Shown: one piece after another, positions 50,456 through 62,360 of the stretch
Numbering within the stretch: the stretch's first letter is position 1
Layout: each line of letters begins with the position of its first letter
Source of the DNA: Phoronis australis
Taxonomy: Eukaryota; Animalia; Phoronida
DNA length: 64,000 nucleotides
Direction of reading: 5' to 3'
NCBI GenBank assembly: GCA_002633005.1
Contig: NMRA01000121.1
Location: 810,189 to 874,188 of the forward strand
Translations under genes and position numbers: made by a program
The notes under the pieces: model-generated
What the model was told of the DNA's origin: nothing
Database searches by the model: none
What the model saw: the letters and a program-made list of their open reading frames with translations, nothing else

Positions 50456-52941
50456 TCCACGCACAACTTATCTGCGAGAACTTTGCTATCCGGAGGCTGT
50501 GACTAACTTCGGCAAAAATTCACTGGCTATCCGTAAGATGATCACCCAGTGTATGAAAGGACCTTCATCACCAAAAATTCGTGAACTAGGCCATCCGCAA
50601 GGTGGCGATCATCGTGTGAGTGTTTGCCAATCACAGTCTAGGTCAGAGGTCAGTTCCCTTGTTTTGCGATTTACACTCACGAAGTAGGTAGACGATCTAC
50701 AAGAATTGAAATTTACTTAGAATTTTGGTGGAATCGGATATTGATATCACATAATCTAAACAACCGAAGCACGTCGAGACTATGGGCGACGAATTCCGGC
50801 AAGTTGAACGTGTCATAGCTTGACGAAAATCGAAAACGGTGAGTATAAACATGCCATAGCTGGTATATAGCGGCACAGCTCAGCTGATTCTGTGACTGAC
50901 CAACCGAGTTGTAGCTGCACATAATTACTTAATGATTTTACTGTCGATTTGTTATTAACTATTTTATAGTTACAATGGTCTGTGAAATGTGTTTTGATAT
51001 AGCCTCATTACGTCTGTTACACATTCCCAGTTAGATTTCAACGACTTCATTTCTGCGCATATGTTCTGCATTAACTTGCCACACACTGACACAGGCCCAG
51101 CTGTCTGGCCTCAGTCCTCTAGCCTAGAGTCTAGGCTTAAAATCAGTTGAGTGTCTTTAGGTCAGCATTATAGCAATATGCTGCAAAACAGCCTAAGTTC
51201 CATTCAGACTAACAAAATTCTCATGTGATTGATTTAGTCTATAAATCTAGAGTCTGCTGCTGATACGTTGCTTTTATTTTTAGGTTGTGACTTACATATA
51301 GTTTGCCAGAGTGCAGTTGGGAAGCAGACTTCGGCACTCAGTACACCAAGCTATTGTTCCCTCTCAAAATCAAGAGGCGGTCAGAAAGATCACTTTTCGC
51401 AGTATTGTAGTAACCATTGGTAGATGATTCCAATCTTAGTAAGAGTAAAGTCGGTAATATTCCGACACTATATTCATTGCATGCAGGGCTCGACACAATT
51501 TTAACTGACAACTACATGCTCGAATATACGATTAAAAAAAGTTCAGTATGAGTAGGAAATTGACCTCACTCGTATTATCAAATAGGCATGGAGTGGACAT
51601 TCAGCACCTTTTTAGGTCGTCACGTTTTGCGATTCCAAATCCCGGAATACGAGTGCAGAATATGCAGTCACTCGTATTTTCGAGCAGACATTTTCGCCTG
51701 TGTTGAAGGCTATCGTGAATATATTTGTGTAGTTTTTGGTTTTTGAAGTGCATCAGATGTCATTTATCTATGACACTGTCCCAAAGTTACCATTGTATGG
51801 AAGTAGTGATGATACATTTTTACACTAGATTTCATTTTGCTACTTAAACTATTATGGTTATTTTTCATGTATTGAAATTCAGTTATTGTATGCTGTTGTT
51901 TTTTTAGAAAAGTTTATCATACGCATACGTTCAACTAGAAAACATAAAGGAAAGGGTTCCTCGTGGTAGAAATTTGTAAAATATGCATTTTTTGTTTTTT
52001 GTATTAATTTATTTCATTTCGTGCTAAGCGATGTTGCTGTTTTCACAACAACCTCTTATTGCATGCAAACATGTCATACGAACTGGCTAAATCTTCCATT
52101 CTAGTCATTTACTATTTAAATCTGAACTTAAGCAGTTATTTAAAGCAGGATTGCTGGCATTTTGTATGTTTATCGTTGTATAAAATAAAGTTTTGGACAA
52201 AAATTAATCATTGTTTTTTTTTCTGGCTACTATATGAACCACTGTTTCGGTTGCTAGAAAGTCTATTCCATATTATTTACTTGTACATTTACTGGCGCAA
52301 TCTGTTATGAAACCAAACTGTATGCTACATAAGGATTTAGGCTTCCCTTCCGCACACGATAAAAAAGGCACTGACATGTCGTTTTCAGTTGCTGAAATCC
52401 TTAGCCAATTCAAATGCCTAATACTGATTCAGGAATCATAAAAGTTTGTTCCATATTATTTATCTTTACACTCACCAGCACAATCTGTTTTGAAACCAAA
52501 CGCAGTTTTTTTTAAAAGGGGATCCAGGTCAACAATATGAAAATTCCAGATTTTATATCACTAAAATCAAGGGAAAGAGGGATCTGTAACCCTTTGACCC
52601 CTTCCCGGGATCCGCCTATCAAACGGTGCACTGCAGAGGTGGATTTTGGGGGGTCCGACGGAGCCCAGGGCTCCCTTCCGCTGCACACGATAAAAACCGC
52701 ACCGACATGCTGTTTTCAGGGCTCTCACGAGGTTTTGTCCTTCGAAAATTGACGTCACGCCCCTAGCAAGGGTATTATGAAGGCTTATCCTTTGGAAATT
52801 GAGATCTGGGCCGTCATCATCTTGACATATCCCACGGATCCGTCTATGGGTATGAGTTCCTTTTTCTAATGTAATGTGATATCTTCAACACATCAACAAT
52901 ATAGGCCTACGGTTAAAAAGAACTAGTACAACCTTAACCTA

Positions 52942-53837
52942 CAGTGGTGAATCTAGGATATCACAAGAGGGGCCAACATGTTGTCTGAAAACATTTGTGC
53001 AAAGCACGATTAGAAGCGCATGGCACCGAATGGGGGGAGGTAGTGAGAGGGGTTCGCACCCCCTCCAGCCCAGGAAAATTTTTTTTCCTCTAAAAATCAA
53101 GCATTTTCCTTGATTCCTGAAGTATTATCCAGGAAAAAGGCAAATAAAAAGAAAAAAAAAAACACGGCCAATGTGTCAAATACGAAAAACTACAATTACC
53201 ACAGGCTCGAACTCACGACCTGGCGGAAAGAGCGAATGTACTTTACCACTACATCACCACCATAGATTATAGTCTATGATCACCACGACTTCACTCACCA
53301 ACTAAAGAGACCTACACTGTACTTGTTTATGGTCCTGCGAGAAACCTACTTCTTTTTGTAATGCTTATTGCACTGTTTATGCTAATCAGTTCGTAACAAA
53401 TTTGTTGTATTTAAAATAGTCTTCAATTGCCCAAAAGTCCAAATCCGTTTTTTGTGTTGGCATTAATGACGCGATTGCTTTGGAAGTTAAGGTTTGACAA
53501 AGACATTATTTTGAGTTTCTGAGTGATTCACTGAGGCTTCGATTAAAATTCACATCTTACCAGCAGCTTCTGTTTTTCATCGTCATTCAGATTCCATTTT
53601 CTTTAAAAAAATTAAGTAATTTTTTTCATTGCACAGTGAAGCAGACGACGGAAACAGAGTCGTAGTGCGCAGCGCCACTGTCGGTCGCCTGGGNNNNNNN
53701 NNNNNNNNNNNNNNNNNNNNNNNNNNNNNNNNNNNNNNNNNNNNNNNNNNNNNNNNNNNNNNNNNNNNNNNNNNNNNNNNNNNNNNNNNNNNNNNNNNNG
53801 GGGGGGGGGGCCCTGGGCCCCCCTAAATCCGCCTATG
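52942..53837 (+). mobile_element. Interspersed repeat (CAGTGG../..CCGCCTATG ends) carrying an antisense tRNA-like segment; spans gap 53694-53799
   Basis: Closely similar to 63123-63645 and 59290-59750; minus-strand B-box-like GAGTTCGAGCC near 53205. Confidence 0.8.
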
Positions 53838-55074
53838 GGGTAACATGTTCGTTGAAGCTCGCCTCTTAATAATTTCAGTGAACTTGTTTCCTAAAATGAA
53901 AATAAAATCATTTGTGAAAATATTTATAACTAAAATAGTATGCTTGATGTACGTGCTCATGGCGCTTTAATGGTGATATGCTATATTGTTTAGTTTTGAT
54001 ACGGCAGTAACACAGTAATGACGCAAAATGCACCAATCTTATTTTGTAACCTTCTTCACGTTTTCTAAATAAAAAGCTAATAATTGTTCTACACACCACG
54101 ATGCGTTCCCGATTGCTTATCATTGCGTTCTCGATCGCTTCTTTCAACAGAAAACTGTTGGAAATTCAGAGATCCTGACAATAATACGAAAAAGAAGCGT
54201 TGCGTTATAATTTCAGACGTCACTTCTTCATAAATTCATGACAAATTTATTGACACAGTGCCAAGAATGACTTCAGTTTACCAAAATGACATATAAATCA
54301 CCTTCCGCTCATGCAATGGCATCGGTTAACTCAACTTTTCTCCAATGATTGGAACAGACAATAGCCAAACCTCTACCTGTCCTTCCTCAATGTGTTACGC
54401 CTTGAACTCGTGTCTCTGTTTTCACGTTGAAAGTAAAAACAACGAAAATTCGTCAAATTTACACACCTTGTCTGGCTTCGCTACCCGCGCCAAATTTCGT
54501 TCTCGATCGCCTTCCGGGCGTTCTCGATCGCGGGTTGGCCGGAATGTTAAATGGTACTGGATTTATTTCACGACTGTGAGTTGCCAGTAACAAGCACGTG
54601 CAGTACTGTTTTTTAAGAAATTTTAGTATATTCTCTCGGTTCATGAAACTATTCAATTCTGTGTTCTAAACGGGTGGAATGTTGCATTTCACGACAGATT
54701 ATTACCTAAAAGTTGCCATAACGATATAGATCAGAATTCAACTTAGGCTGGCACAATCATTGCCTAAAGGTATGCAGAGGACGGCAAAACGAGTGTATTT
54801 CCTAAGAATGTATAAGGTTTTGTATCGCCATGAAACGAAATGCATAATTTAACATTATCTTATATATGTTGCTGTTTGAATGCAGTCAAAAGCGCAGTCA
54901 CTTTATTTTCCAAACACAGCGCCTAAAACTAAAAGTGTGGATTCTTTGAACATTACGTCTACAAGTATAAAATTTCGCCATTGTCGCAAAAATGGCTTCA
55001 CACTTTCGAGTTCATTAATGTGTATTGCGTGTGTGACGTCAACGTATTGATGACGTCATTATTCATATTTGAAT

Positions 55075-58000
55075 ATGGCAGTACCCATCAGGGTATTAGC
55101 AGACTTGATGGTCTTTCTAATGGCGTATATATCAGCGTTTGTGAATATTATCAAGAGACATATTCTATCAATCACAAAGAATCTCTTAGACATTACAACA
55201 GGAATAATTTCCGTCATGCTGGGAGATTTTGAAGATGATGACTTGAGCGAGGAATATGAAGATTCAATTATCGTTTTGACTAAAGTAGATGAAAATGGAC
55301 AGACAGAAACGGTTCACTATGAATATATTGAAGACATTCTGGACGACATCACAGAAACACCACACGAGCATCAGGAAAATACAGCAGCTGCGACCATCAA
55401 TTCAGAAACAAATCCCAAAACATGTTTTATTCTTCCTACTGCTACAGTAGGTAGCCAAAGCGCATTGCATCAGAAGAACAACTTCAATGAAAATAGTGAA
55501 ATTGCCAACGAGGTTGGCATCATGCAACTGCAGGCAAAATGTAACGAGAGAACAGAAAGTATACTTGCAGTTCAAGGACTGGAATGCATTTCTGACGCGA
55601 CTGCTAACGGAGAAACATGCATGCTTGATTCCAAAGAGAGCAAGAACGGACGCCTTGCAGATGGCGACGAAGGAAACGAACAAGCTATTTTCAATGTAAA
55701 TGACAGAAAAAATGCTGATGATGAAAATGATGAAGACAAGCGTGGCGATCCATGTAATGAAGGTGATCCCAGACCTGGTATTATATATGAAAGAAGTGAT
55801 CGTGGGTCTGACGCTTCACACAACAACCGGCGTGCTTCTATACATGAGGCACCATGTGATAATGGTGACCCTGACCATAATACTTCGAAAGGAAATAGTG
55901 GTCCATTGCATGATACTCCGTATCGAAAGTGCGATAGTTACAATGATATTCAGCACAGAAATGGTGATCCCGACAACGACATTTCATGTAAAAACGGTGA
56001 GACCCAGCAAGATACTCCGTATGGCAATGTTGTCCATGAGCATGACACTGTTTATGAATACGATGAACACATTGCTGTCGCTATTGCTAACGGAGAAAGA
56101 TGCATGCTTGATGCCACTGGGGGCACGAACGGACTCCTTGCTGATGTTACCAATGGAATGGACGGATACGTACGTGACATTAAAAATAGCACTGTTGGAC
56201 GGGTGATAAATAGCGCAGGTGGCGAAGAAGGAAACGAACAAGCTGTTCTCAATGTAAATTGCAGAAACAATGTTCATGATGAAAATGATGAAGACAAGCA
56301 TGAGGATCTATGTAATGAAGGCGATCCCAGTCCTGGTATTATATTTGAAAGAAGTGATCATGGGTCCGACGCTTCGTACGACAACCGTGCTTCTATACAT
56401 AAGGCACCATGTGATAATGGTCAATCAGAGCATAATACTTCGAAAGGAAATAGTGGTCCATGGCATGATACTCTGTATCGAAAAGGAGATAGTTACAATT
56501 ATAGTCAGTATAGAAATGGTGATCCCGACAAGGACATTTCATATAAAAACAGTCAGACCCAGCAAGATACTCGGTATGGAAATGTTGTCCCTGAGAATGA
56601 CACTGTGTATGATAATGGTGATCCAGTAAAGGATACTGCGCGTGGAAGAGATGATCCAAGACATGATACTTCATGTGGAAATGGTGATACAGTAATTGAT
56701 ATTCCGTATGGAGACGGTGACACAGGATATGATACCCTGTATGGAGAAAATGGTCTAGGGTGTCAGAATTCATATTTTAATATGGCAGTAAAAGTACCCA
56801 TTAGGGTATTAGCAGACTTGATGATGTTTCTCATGGCGTATGTATCACCATTTGTGAATGTTATCAAGCGACATATAGTAGATTTCACAGAGAACCTCTT
56901 GAACATTACAACAGCAACAATTTCCGTCATGCTGGGAGATTTTGAAGACGATGACTTGAGTGAAGAATACGAAGATTCAAGTATCACTATGACTAAAGTG
57001 GATGAAAACGGACAGACCATCACTGTTCACTGTGAATATAATGAAGACATTCTCGACGACATCCCAGAAATACCACACGGGCATCAGAAAACTACAGCAG
57101 CTGCAATCATCAATTCAGAAACAAATCTCAAACCATGTATTGTTCCTACTGCTACAGTGGATAGCAAAAACGCATTGAATCAGAAGAAGAACTTCAATGC
57201 AAACAGTGAAATTGCCAACGAGGTTGGCGCCATGCAACTGCAGGCGAAATATAAAGAGGAAACAGACGGTATACTTGCAGTTCAAGGACTGGAGCACATT
57301 GCTGACGCGACTGCTAACGGAGAAAGATGCATACATGATGCCACCGAGGGCACGAACGGACGCCTTGCTGATGTTACCGATGGAATGGACATGTACGTAC
57401 GCGACATTAAAAATAGCACTGTTAGACAGGTGATAAATAGCGCAGGTGGCGACGAAGGAAACGAACAAGCTCTCCTCAATGTAAATGACAGAAACAATGC
57501 TCATGATGAAAATGATGAAGACAAGTGTGACGATCCATGTAATGAGGGTGATCCCAGACCTGGTATTATGTATGAAAGAAGTGATCATGGGTCTGACACT
57601 TCACAGGACAAGCGTGATTCGATACATGAGGCACCATGTGATAATGGTGACCCTGAGCTTAACAATTCTAAAGGAAATATTGGTCCATGGCATGATACTC
57701 CGTATTTAAAAAGCGGTCTTCACAGTGATACTCAGTATAGAAATGGTGATCCCGACAACGACGTTTCGTATAAAAACAGTGAGACCCAGCAAGATACTCC
57801 GTATGGCAAGGGTGATCATGACAACGGCATTCCACATGAACAAGGTGATCCCAAGGAAAATACTCCGTATGGAAATGTTGCCCCTGAATATGATACTGCG
57901 TATGGAAATGGTGATCCTCTTCAGGATACTGCGCCTGGAAGAGGTGTCCCAAGACATGATACTCTTTTTGGAAATGGTGACACCGGGCACGATACAAATA

Positions 58001-58350
58001 TTGAAGCTGAATCTGGAAGTTCTTTTACGAATAAAGTGCGGGAATATCGTGGCACAGACGACAACTACGGACTTGTAACTGACGTTATCAATGAAGACAT
58101 TGTCGATTCCTCTTATGGCAACGAGGGAGGTGTCGATGACCTTACTGGTGACAGAGGTTACAGCATGGGCCACCTCACCTCTTTCAATAATGAAAGCGTT
58201 AGCGTGAGAAAAGAATATACTGATGACGATCACGGGTATCTGAAACAAAAGAAAAATCGTAAGAATAAGTCTCCGTCACGAACAAACAACGAGAAAAGAC
58301 TATCCTGGTGGCGACGCCTTTTGTGTTGCGCCCCCTCACCAGAGGACTGA
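55075..58350 (+). CDS. Intronless acidic repetitive protein of about 1091 aa, function unknown
   Basis: 3.3-kb uninterrupted ORF despite diverged internal duplicates. Hydrophobic segment at the start of each half, D/E/N/G-rich body, basic tail plus WWRRLLCC. First ATG at 55075. Confidence 0.85.
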   Translation: MAVPIRVLADLMVFLMAYISAFVNIIKRHILSITKNLLDITTGIISVMLGDFEDDDLSEEYEDSIIVLTKVDENGQTETVHYEYIEDILDDITETPHEHQENTAAATINSETNPKTCFILPTATVGSQSALHQKNNFNENSEIANEVGIMQLQAKCNERTESILAVQGLECISDATANGETCMLDSKESKNGRLADGDEGNEQAIFNVNDRKNADDENDEDKRGDPCNEGDPRPGIIYERSDRGSDASHNNRRASIHEAPCDNGDPDHNTSKGNSGPLHDTPYRKCDSYNDIQHRNGDPDNDISCKNGETQQDTPYGNVVHEHDTVYEYDEHIAVAIANGERCMLDATGGTNGLLADVTNGMDGYVRDIKNSTVGRVINSAGGEEGNEQAVLNVNCRNNVHDENDEDKHEDLCNEGDPSPGIIFERSDHGSDASYDNRASIHKAPCDNGQSEHNTSKGNSGPWHDTLYRKGDSYNYSQYRNGDPDKDISYKNSQTQQDTRYGNVVPENDTVYDNGDPVKDTARGRDDPRHDTSCGNGDTVIDIPYGDGDTGYDTLYGENGLGCQNSYFNMAVKVPIRVLADLMMFLMAYVSPFVNVIKRHIVDFTENLLNITTATISVMLGDFEDDDLSEEYEDSSITMTKVDENGQTITVHCEYNEDILDDIPEIPHGHQKTTAAAIINSETNLKPCIVPTATVDSKNALNQKKNFNANSEIANEVGAMQLQAKYKEETDGILAVQGLEHIADATANGERCIHDATEGTNGRLADVTDGMDMYVRDIKNSTVRQVINSAGGDEGNEQALLNVNDRNNAHDENDEDKCDDPCNEGDPRPGIMYERSDHGSDTSQDKRDSIHEAPCDNGDPELNNSKGNIGPWHDTPYLKSGLHSDTQYRNGDPDNDVSYKNSETQQDTPYGKGDHDNGIPHEQGDPKENTPYGNVAPEYDTAYGNGDPLQDTAPGRGVPRHDTLFGNGDTGHDTNIEAESGSSFTNKVREYRGTDDNYGLVTDVINEDIVDSSYGNEGGVDDLTGDRGYSMGHLTSFNNESVSVRKEYTDDDHGYLKQKKNRKNKSPSRTNNEKRLSWWRRLLCCAPSPED

Positions 58351-59289
58351 GAGTTCACTTGGGACTCTACTACAATTAAAGCACCGGTTGGGGGAATAAT
58401 TATTCTAATTTATGCTCCGTAGAGTATTTGCAGAACTTTTACATTTTGAAGTGTACTTCTGTGTATTATAAGCATAAATACAAGTATTTTGCGACCATTT
58501 GGTTTTACGTTGTTTGAAGTCATGTTTTCTCCTGCATGGTGTTGACTCCTGTTAGTAAGGACACTTTGTGTGGAGGTCACTGTAATTTGGCGCATGACTG
58601 GTTCTCTCAACCAAATGTTGTACGTCATAGCCATTAACGTTGACATAAATTAAGACGGCAGAACGGTAAAACTCAGGAAGGGGTTCCTAAAAAAGTGTCG
58701 TCAACTCAGCCAGATATTTTGCCGCCCTCTCACACTGTCTCCAGAGAGTTATTTGCCCTTTGTTGTATTGCCTACAGCCAGCCTCCGGCTCCGATGCGTG
58801 CAAGAATTCACCATTATGATTCTGCAATGATTCATTCAATAAATGTTTTAATTTCTCGACAGAAAAAGAAGTTTCCAATGAACAACTGGAAATATAAGTC
58901 ACTAATTTCCGCCAAAATCTTCAGAATATGGAGTTAAAACGACACCAAACCTATTTGATTCCGTGTGAAATCGGTACCAGAGTTTGATATTCATCAAATT
59001 CGTTGTGGGTTAATGGTCAATGCGCTACTTTTTCATCATTGCTCTTTGACCAAGTGCAATCAATGTCAAATGTACCATTACCACCCGACCCGCTTACCAT
59101 TGCGCTTTAGTCAAAGACAGGTATTCAACAATAAGAGATTTTCTGAAAATAGCAAGAAAGTGTTCGGAAACTGGTGGTGGGTCATGACATTATGCCATCA
59201 GAGCTTGAATATTGCTTCTTTGGTTTGAAATTGACTCAATTCATACTCCAGTCGGTAGGCCATGGAACTTCGTTTTCAACGCTTTTTAG

Positions 59290-59961
59290 TGCGAGCGTGC
59301 TTTACCACAACACCACCACGATTTTTATTACTAATCTCATTCTAAGATATCTACTTGTTTACGGTCCACAGCGTTTGCGCGCGAAACCTACTTCTTTTTG
59401 TAATGCTTATTATACGTTTTATATTTTGTGCAATCGGTTCTTAACAAATTTGTTGTATTTAAAATAGTCTTCAAATGCCCAAAAGACCAAATCCGTTTTT
59501 CGTGTTGGCAATAATGACGGGATTGCTTTGGAAATCGTCTCGCTTAAGGCTTGACAAAGAGAGAATTATGAGTTTCTGAGTGATTCACTCAGGCTTCGAT
59601 TAAAATTCACATCTTACTAGCAGCTTCTGTTTTTTCATCGTCACTCAGGTTCCATTTTTTTTAAAAAATGAAGCAAATTTTCTTCATTGCACAGTGGAGT
59701 AGACGACGGAAACGGAGTCGTAGTGCGCAGCAGCGCCACTGCCGGTCGCCAAGGATATCGCGGGAGAGCCTATACTTAGCCATAGTTCCGTTACGAATGC
59801 GCCGTGTTTCGAATTTGACACCTGAAATTGGATCTGAGTCCTCCAATTACCGAGGTTAATTAACTCAACATTTCCCTGCGCTCTTGCTGTTTTATTTTTT
59901 GCGGCAGCCCGAAGGGGGGGGGGGCCGGGCCCCCTGCCCCCCTCCCCTAAATCCGCCTATG
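59290..59961 (+). mobile_element. Second copy (3' part) of the 52942 repeat family
   Basis: Shared GAAACCTACTTCTTTTTGTAATGC...CAGCAGCTTCTG...GTCGTAGTGCGCAGC; ends CCCTAAATCCGCCTATG. Confidence 0.8.
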
Positions 59962-61029
59962 ACCTAGCTGCGTTTCGTTAAGTGCTCTGTGTGCAAGAAT
60001 TTCAGAATTCAAATTTCTTTTGCAAATTGACCGCCGGTCTTGCACTAGGGAATGAACATTAACATTCCAGGCTAAATATTCCTCATTAGAGCTTGAAAAT
60101 TGTACTACAGACCACGAAACCATAAGTGACTGCTACTAACATTTCTGGCCGCGAACCCGTTTTCGACACCCCGTTGGACACCGGTTTTTTTCAGAAAATT
60201 CGTTGTAATATCTCGGTCACACTGTTAGTGACCTCCGCTATGAAAATGGGTTTGGGCTCAAATATTGCCTTCCGGGCGATTGCCTGTGTGCCATCAACAT
60301 GGGCAAACTTCAAACTTCAATGGACACCAAAAAAAATCTTCACCAATCTCTCCAATATTCAGCATAGTGAATCCTTATGATTGTTTTTCTCGTCAGCTAT
60401 CGGCAAATTGCACAGTTGTCTCCCCTAAATCAAAATTCCTCGGAAAACTCCTTCTTGTGTGTAAAGTTTCTGTGGGGGAATAGTTAGCTGCTGGCTGTGC
60501 ATGCGCACTGCCTATGTCAGATATTTCTGGCGTTGTTAAAAAAGGGTGCCGTTTCTGGAACAAAGTACTAAAAGACAGGGTCACTTTTCATGGCCGGTAA
60601 GCTTCCTAAAATGGATTCCTTTTTGAGTCCACTGGCGGTTATCCTAAATTTCCAGCAACGCTACCCGTCAAAATCGAGCACTCCCTGCTCTGGAAGCAAC
60701 TGAAGGCAAAGCGTGATTGACCTGGCTGGGTTGGCACTATTTCCACCTGACGAGTACAAAATCCGCCGTTATCAGTCAGCCGTACTGATGCCTACGATGA
60801 AACTCGACAATCCAAACATAAGGCATGCCCGACAGACAGATGGTCGCCGCTATTAGCTATTGAACTTGATTCCCAAGGGTTAGGCCGGCCTACACCTGAC
60901 GTCACTCATATCATCGCTAATTTAGAGGGTCTGCAGAGGAGACGAAATCAGCGATAAGTCCGTCCCGACAAGGCTTAATCAACTACCTGGTTCAAATCAT
61001 GATTAATTAAATCAGTTTTTGGCCACAAT

Positions 61030-62360
61030 AAGATTAAAAACCGGACAATCGCCGTACAAATAAAAAAGTTTATGTTCAATTCAACGTTTCGTCTTTTCAT
61101 CAGACATCATCAGGGTCATATTTACAACAATTTAGGAAAACAAGTGCCAACATACAGCTCAGGTAACATCCATTGAGTGAAGTGAGAGATACATAGAATG
61201 TAGTCAGTAGCTGGTCATCATTATAATTGCAGGGTCACTGAGCTCTGCATGTTATTCAGAGAATCATTGGCATGTTGGTTCTGAATGGCCAATGACTCTT
61301 CAATGTACAGTAATTTCTTTATAGGTTCTCTGCAGATAATACTAACTGAATTGGCTTGGTGACTGTTGCTAACACAATGCCCATATGTTGCTTTTCTCTG
61401 AGGTGTAATGTTCTTTCAGCCTGTCACAATGTTGCTATTGTTTAATAAAGGGATGGGTGACTTCAGGTTACGCTGCATATTTAAGAGGCCGGGATTGTGA
61501 ATACTGACCTCAAGTTCTGCAAGATCTCGCGTTAAGATCTCGTCGTCGGCAGAGGAAAGTCATGTTAAGCTCTAAGCAATTCCATTGAGAGGTAAATTTG
61601 AAATATCATAGATTTTTTTTACGCACCTTTATTTAAATACGTCATCCTTAATAGGTTCTCTGCAGATAATATTAACAGAGTTGGCTTGATGATTGTAGCT
61701 AATATAATGCTTATATATGTTACTTTTCTCTGAGGTGTGATGTTCTTTCAATGGGCTGTGGGAAATTTCGGGGATGTAACGGAGCTCAATGAATAAAGGG
61801 ATGGGTGACTTCAGTTTACACAACATAATGGAAAGTTTCCGAAGGGGTTTGAAAACAACTATCAGTTCCACTGCTGGGTCTATGCAATGAATAAGGCGAG
61901 ATAATTGACGTTTCAATTTTATACTACTTGTCCCAATGTAACCAAGAGAAAAGAAAACTTTCTTTTTCTCGGGCACAATAACAGCTACCTTATCTGCCTC
62001 ATTCATTTTTGAAAGAAAGTGCCTTTTACAGCTATTCAGAAAATTCAGAGGGTAACCATTGGCACGCAATAACTGGAAAATCATAGCTACGTCACTATCA
62101 AAATTTAAATTGGTGGAGCAGATTCTCCAGGCACGGTGTAACATGCAATTGACTAGAACTCTCTTGTACTGAATAGGCACAAAACTATCAACGTTCAAGA
62201 TAAAGCCCAGAAAACTGGGCTTACGATACATAGATGTAACAACGGTGCTATTCTCACGTTTAACCAAGACATCTAGAAAAGGTAAACACGACTCAATATG
62301 CATCCGTCCACCAACTTCACCATTGAATCTGAGCGCGAGCCGTGTTTACCTTTTCTAGAT
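61030..62360 (-). mobile_element. 5'-truncated, rearranged Penelope-like retroelement with duplicated 3' segment
   Basis: ORF 61629-62303 LPFLDVLV...YRKP...HRAWRICS...NGYP (PLE RT C-terminal region). The C-terminus LKEH...H...LYIEESLAI...SLN...SVTLQL* ends at 61221. The 3' block occurs twice (61320-61467, 61650-61815). Confidence 0.88.
61080..61118 (-). ncRNA. Minimal hammerhead-ribozyme-like core in the Penelope 3' region
   Basis: Minus strand CTGATGA t GTCT gatgaaa AGAC GAAACGTT: conserved core, 4-bp stem II, palindromic AACGTT; stem I pairs poorly. Confidence 0.6.

Noticed and set aside
55402-58248. Many overlapping alternate-frame and antisense ORFs
   Set aside because: Shadows of the biased codon usage of the long ORF.
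60748-60805. Hammerhead-like CTGACGA...GAAAC
   Set aside because: GAAA does not follow stem II directly, so the geometry is wrong.
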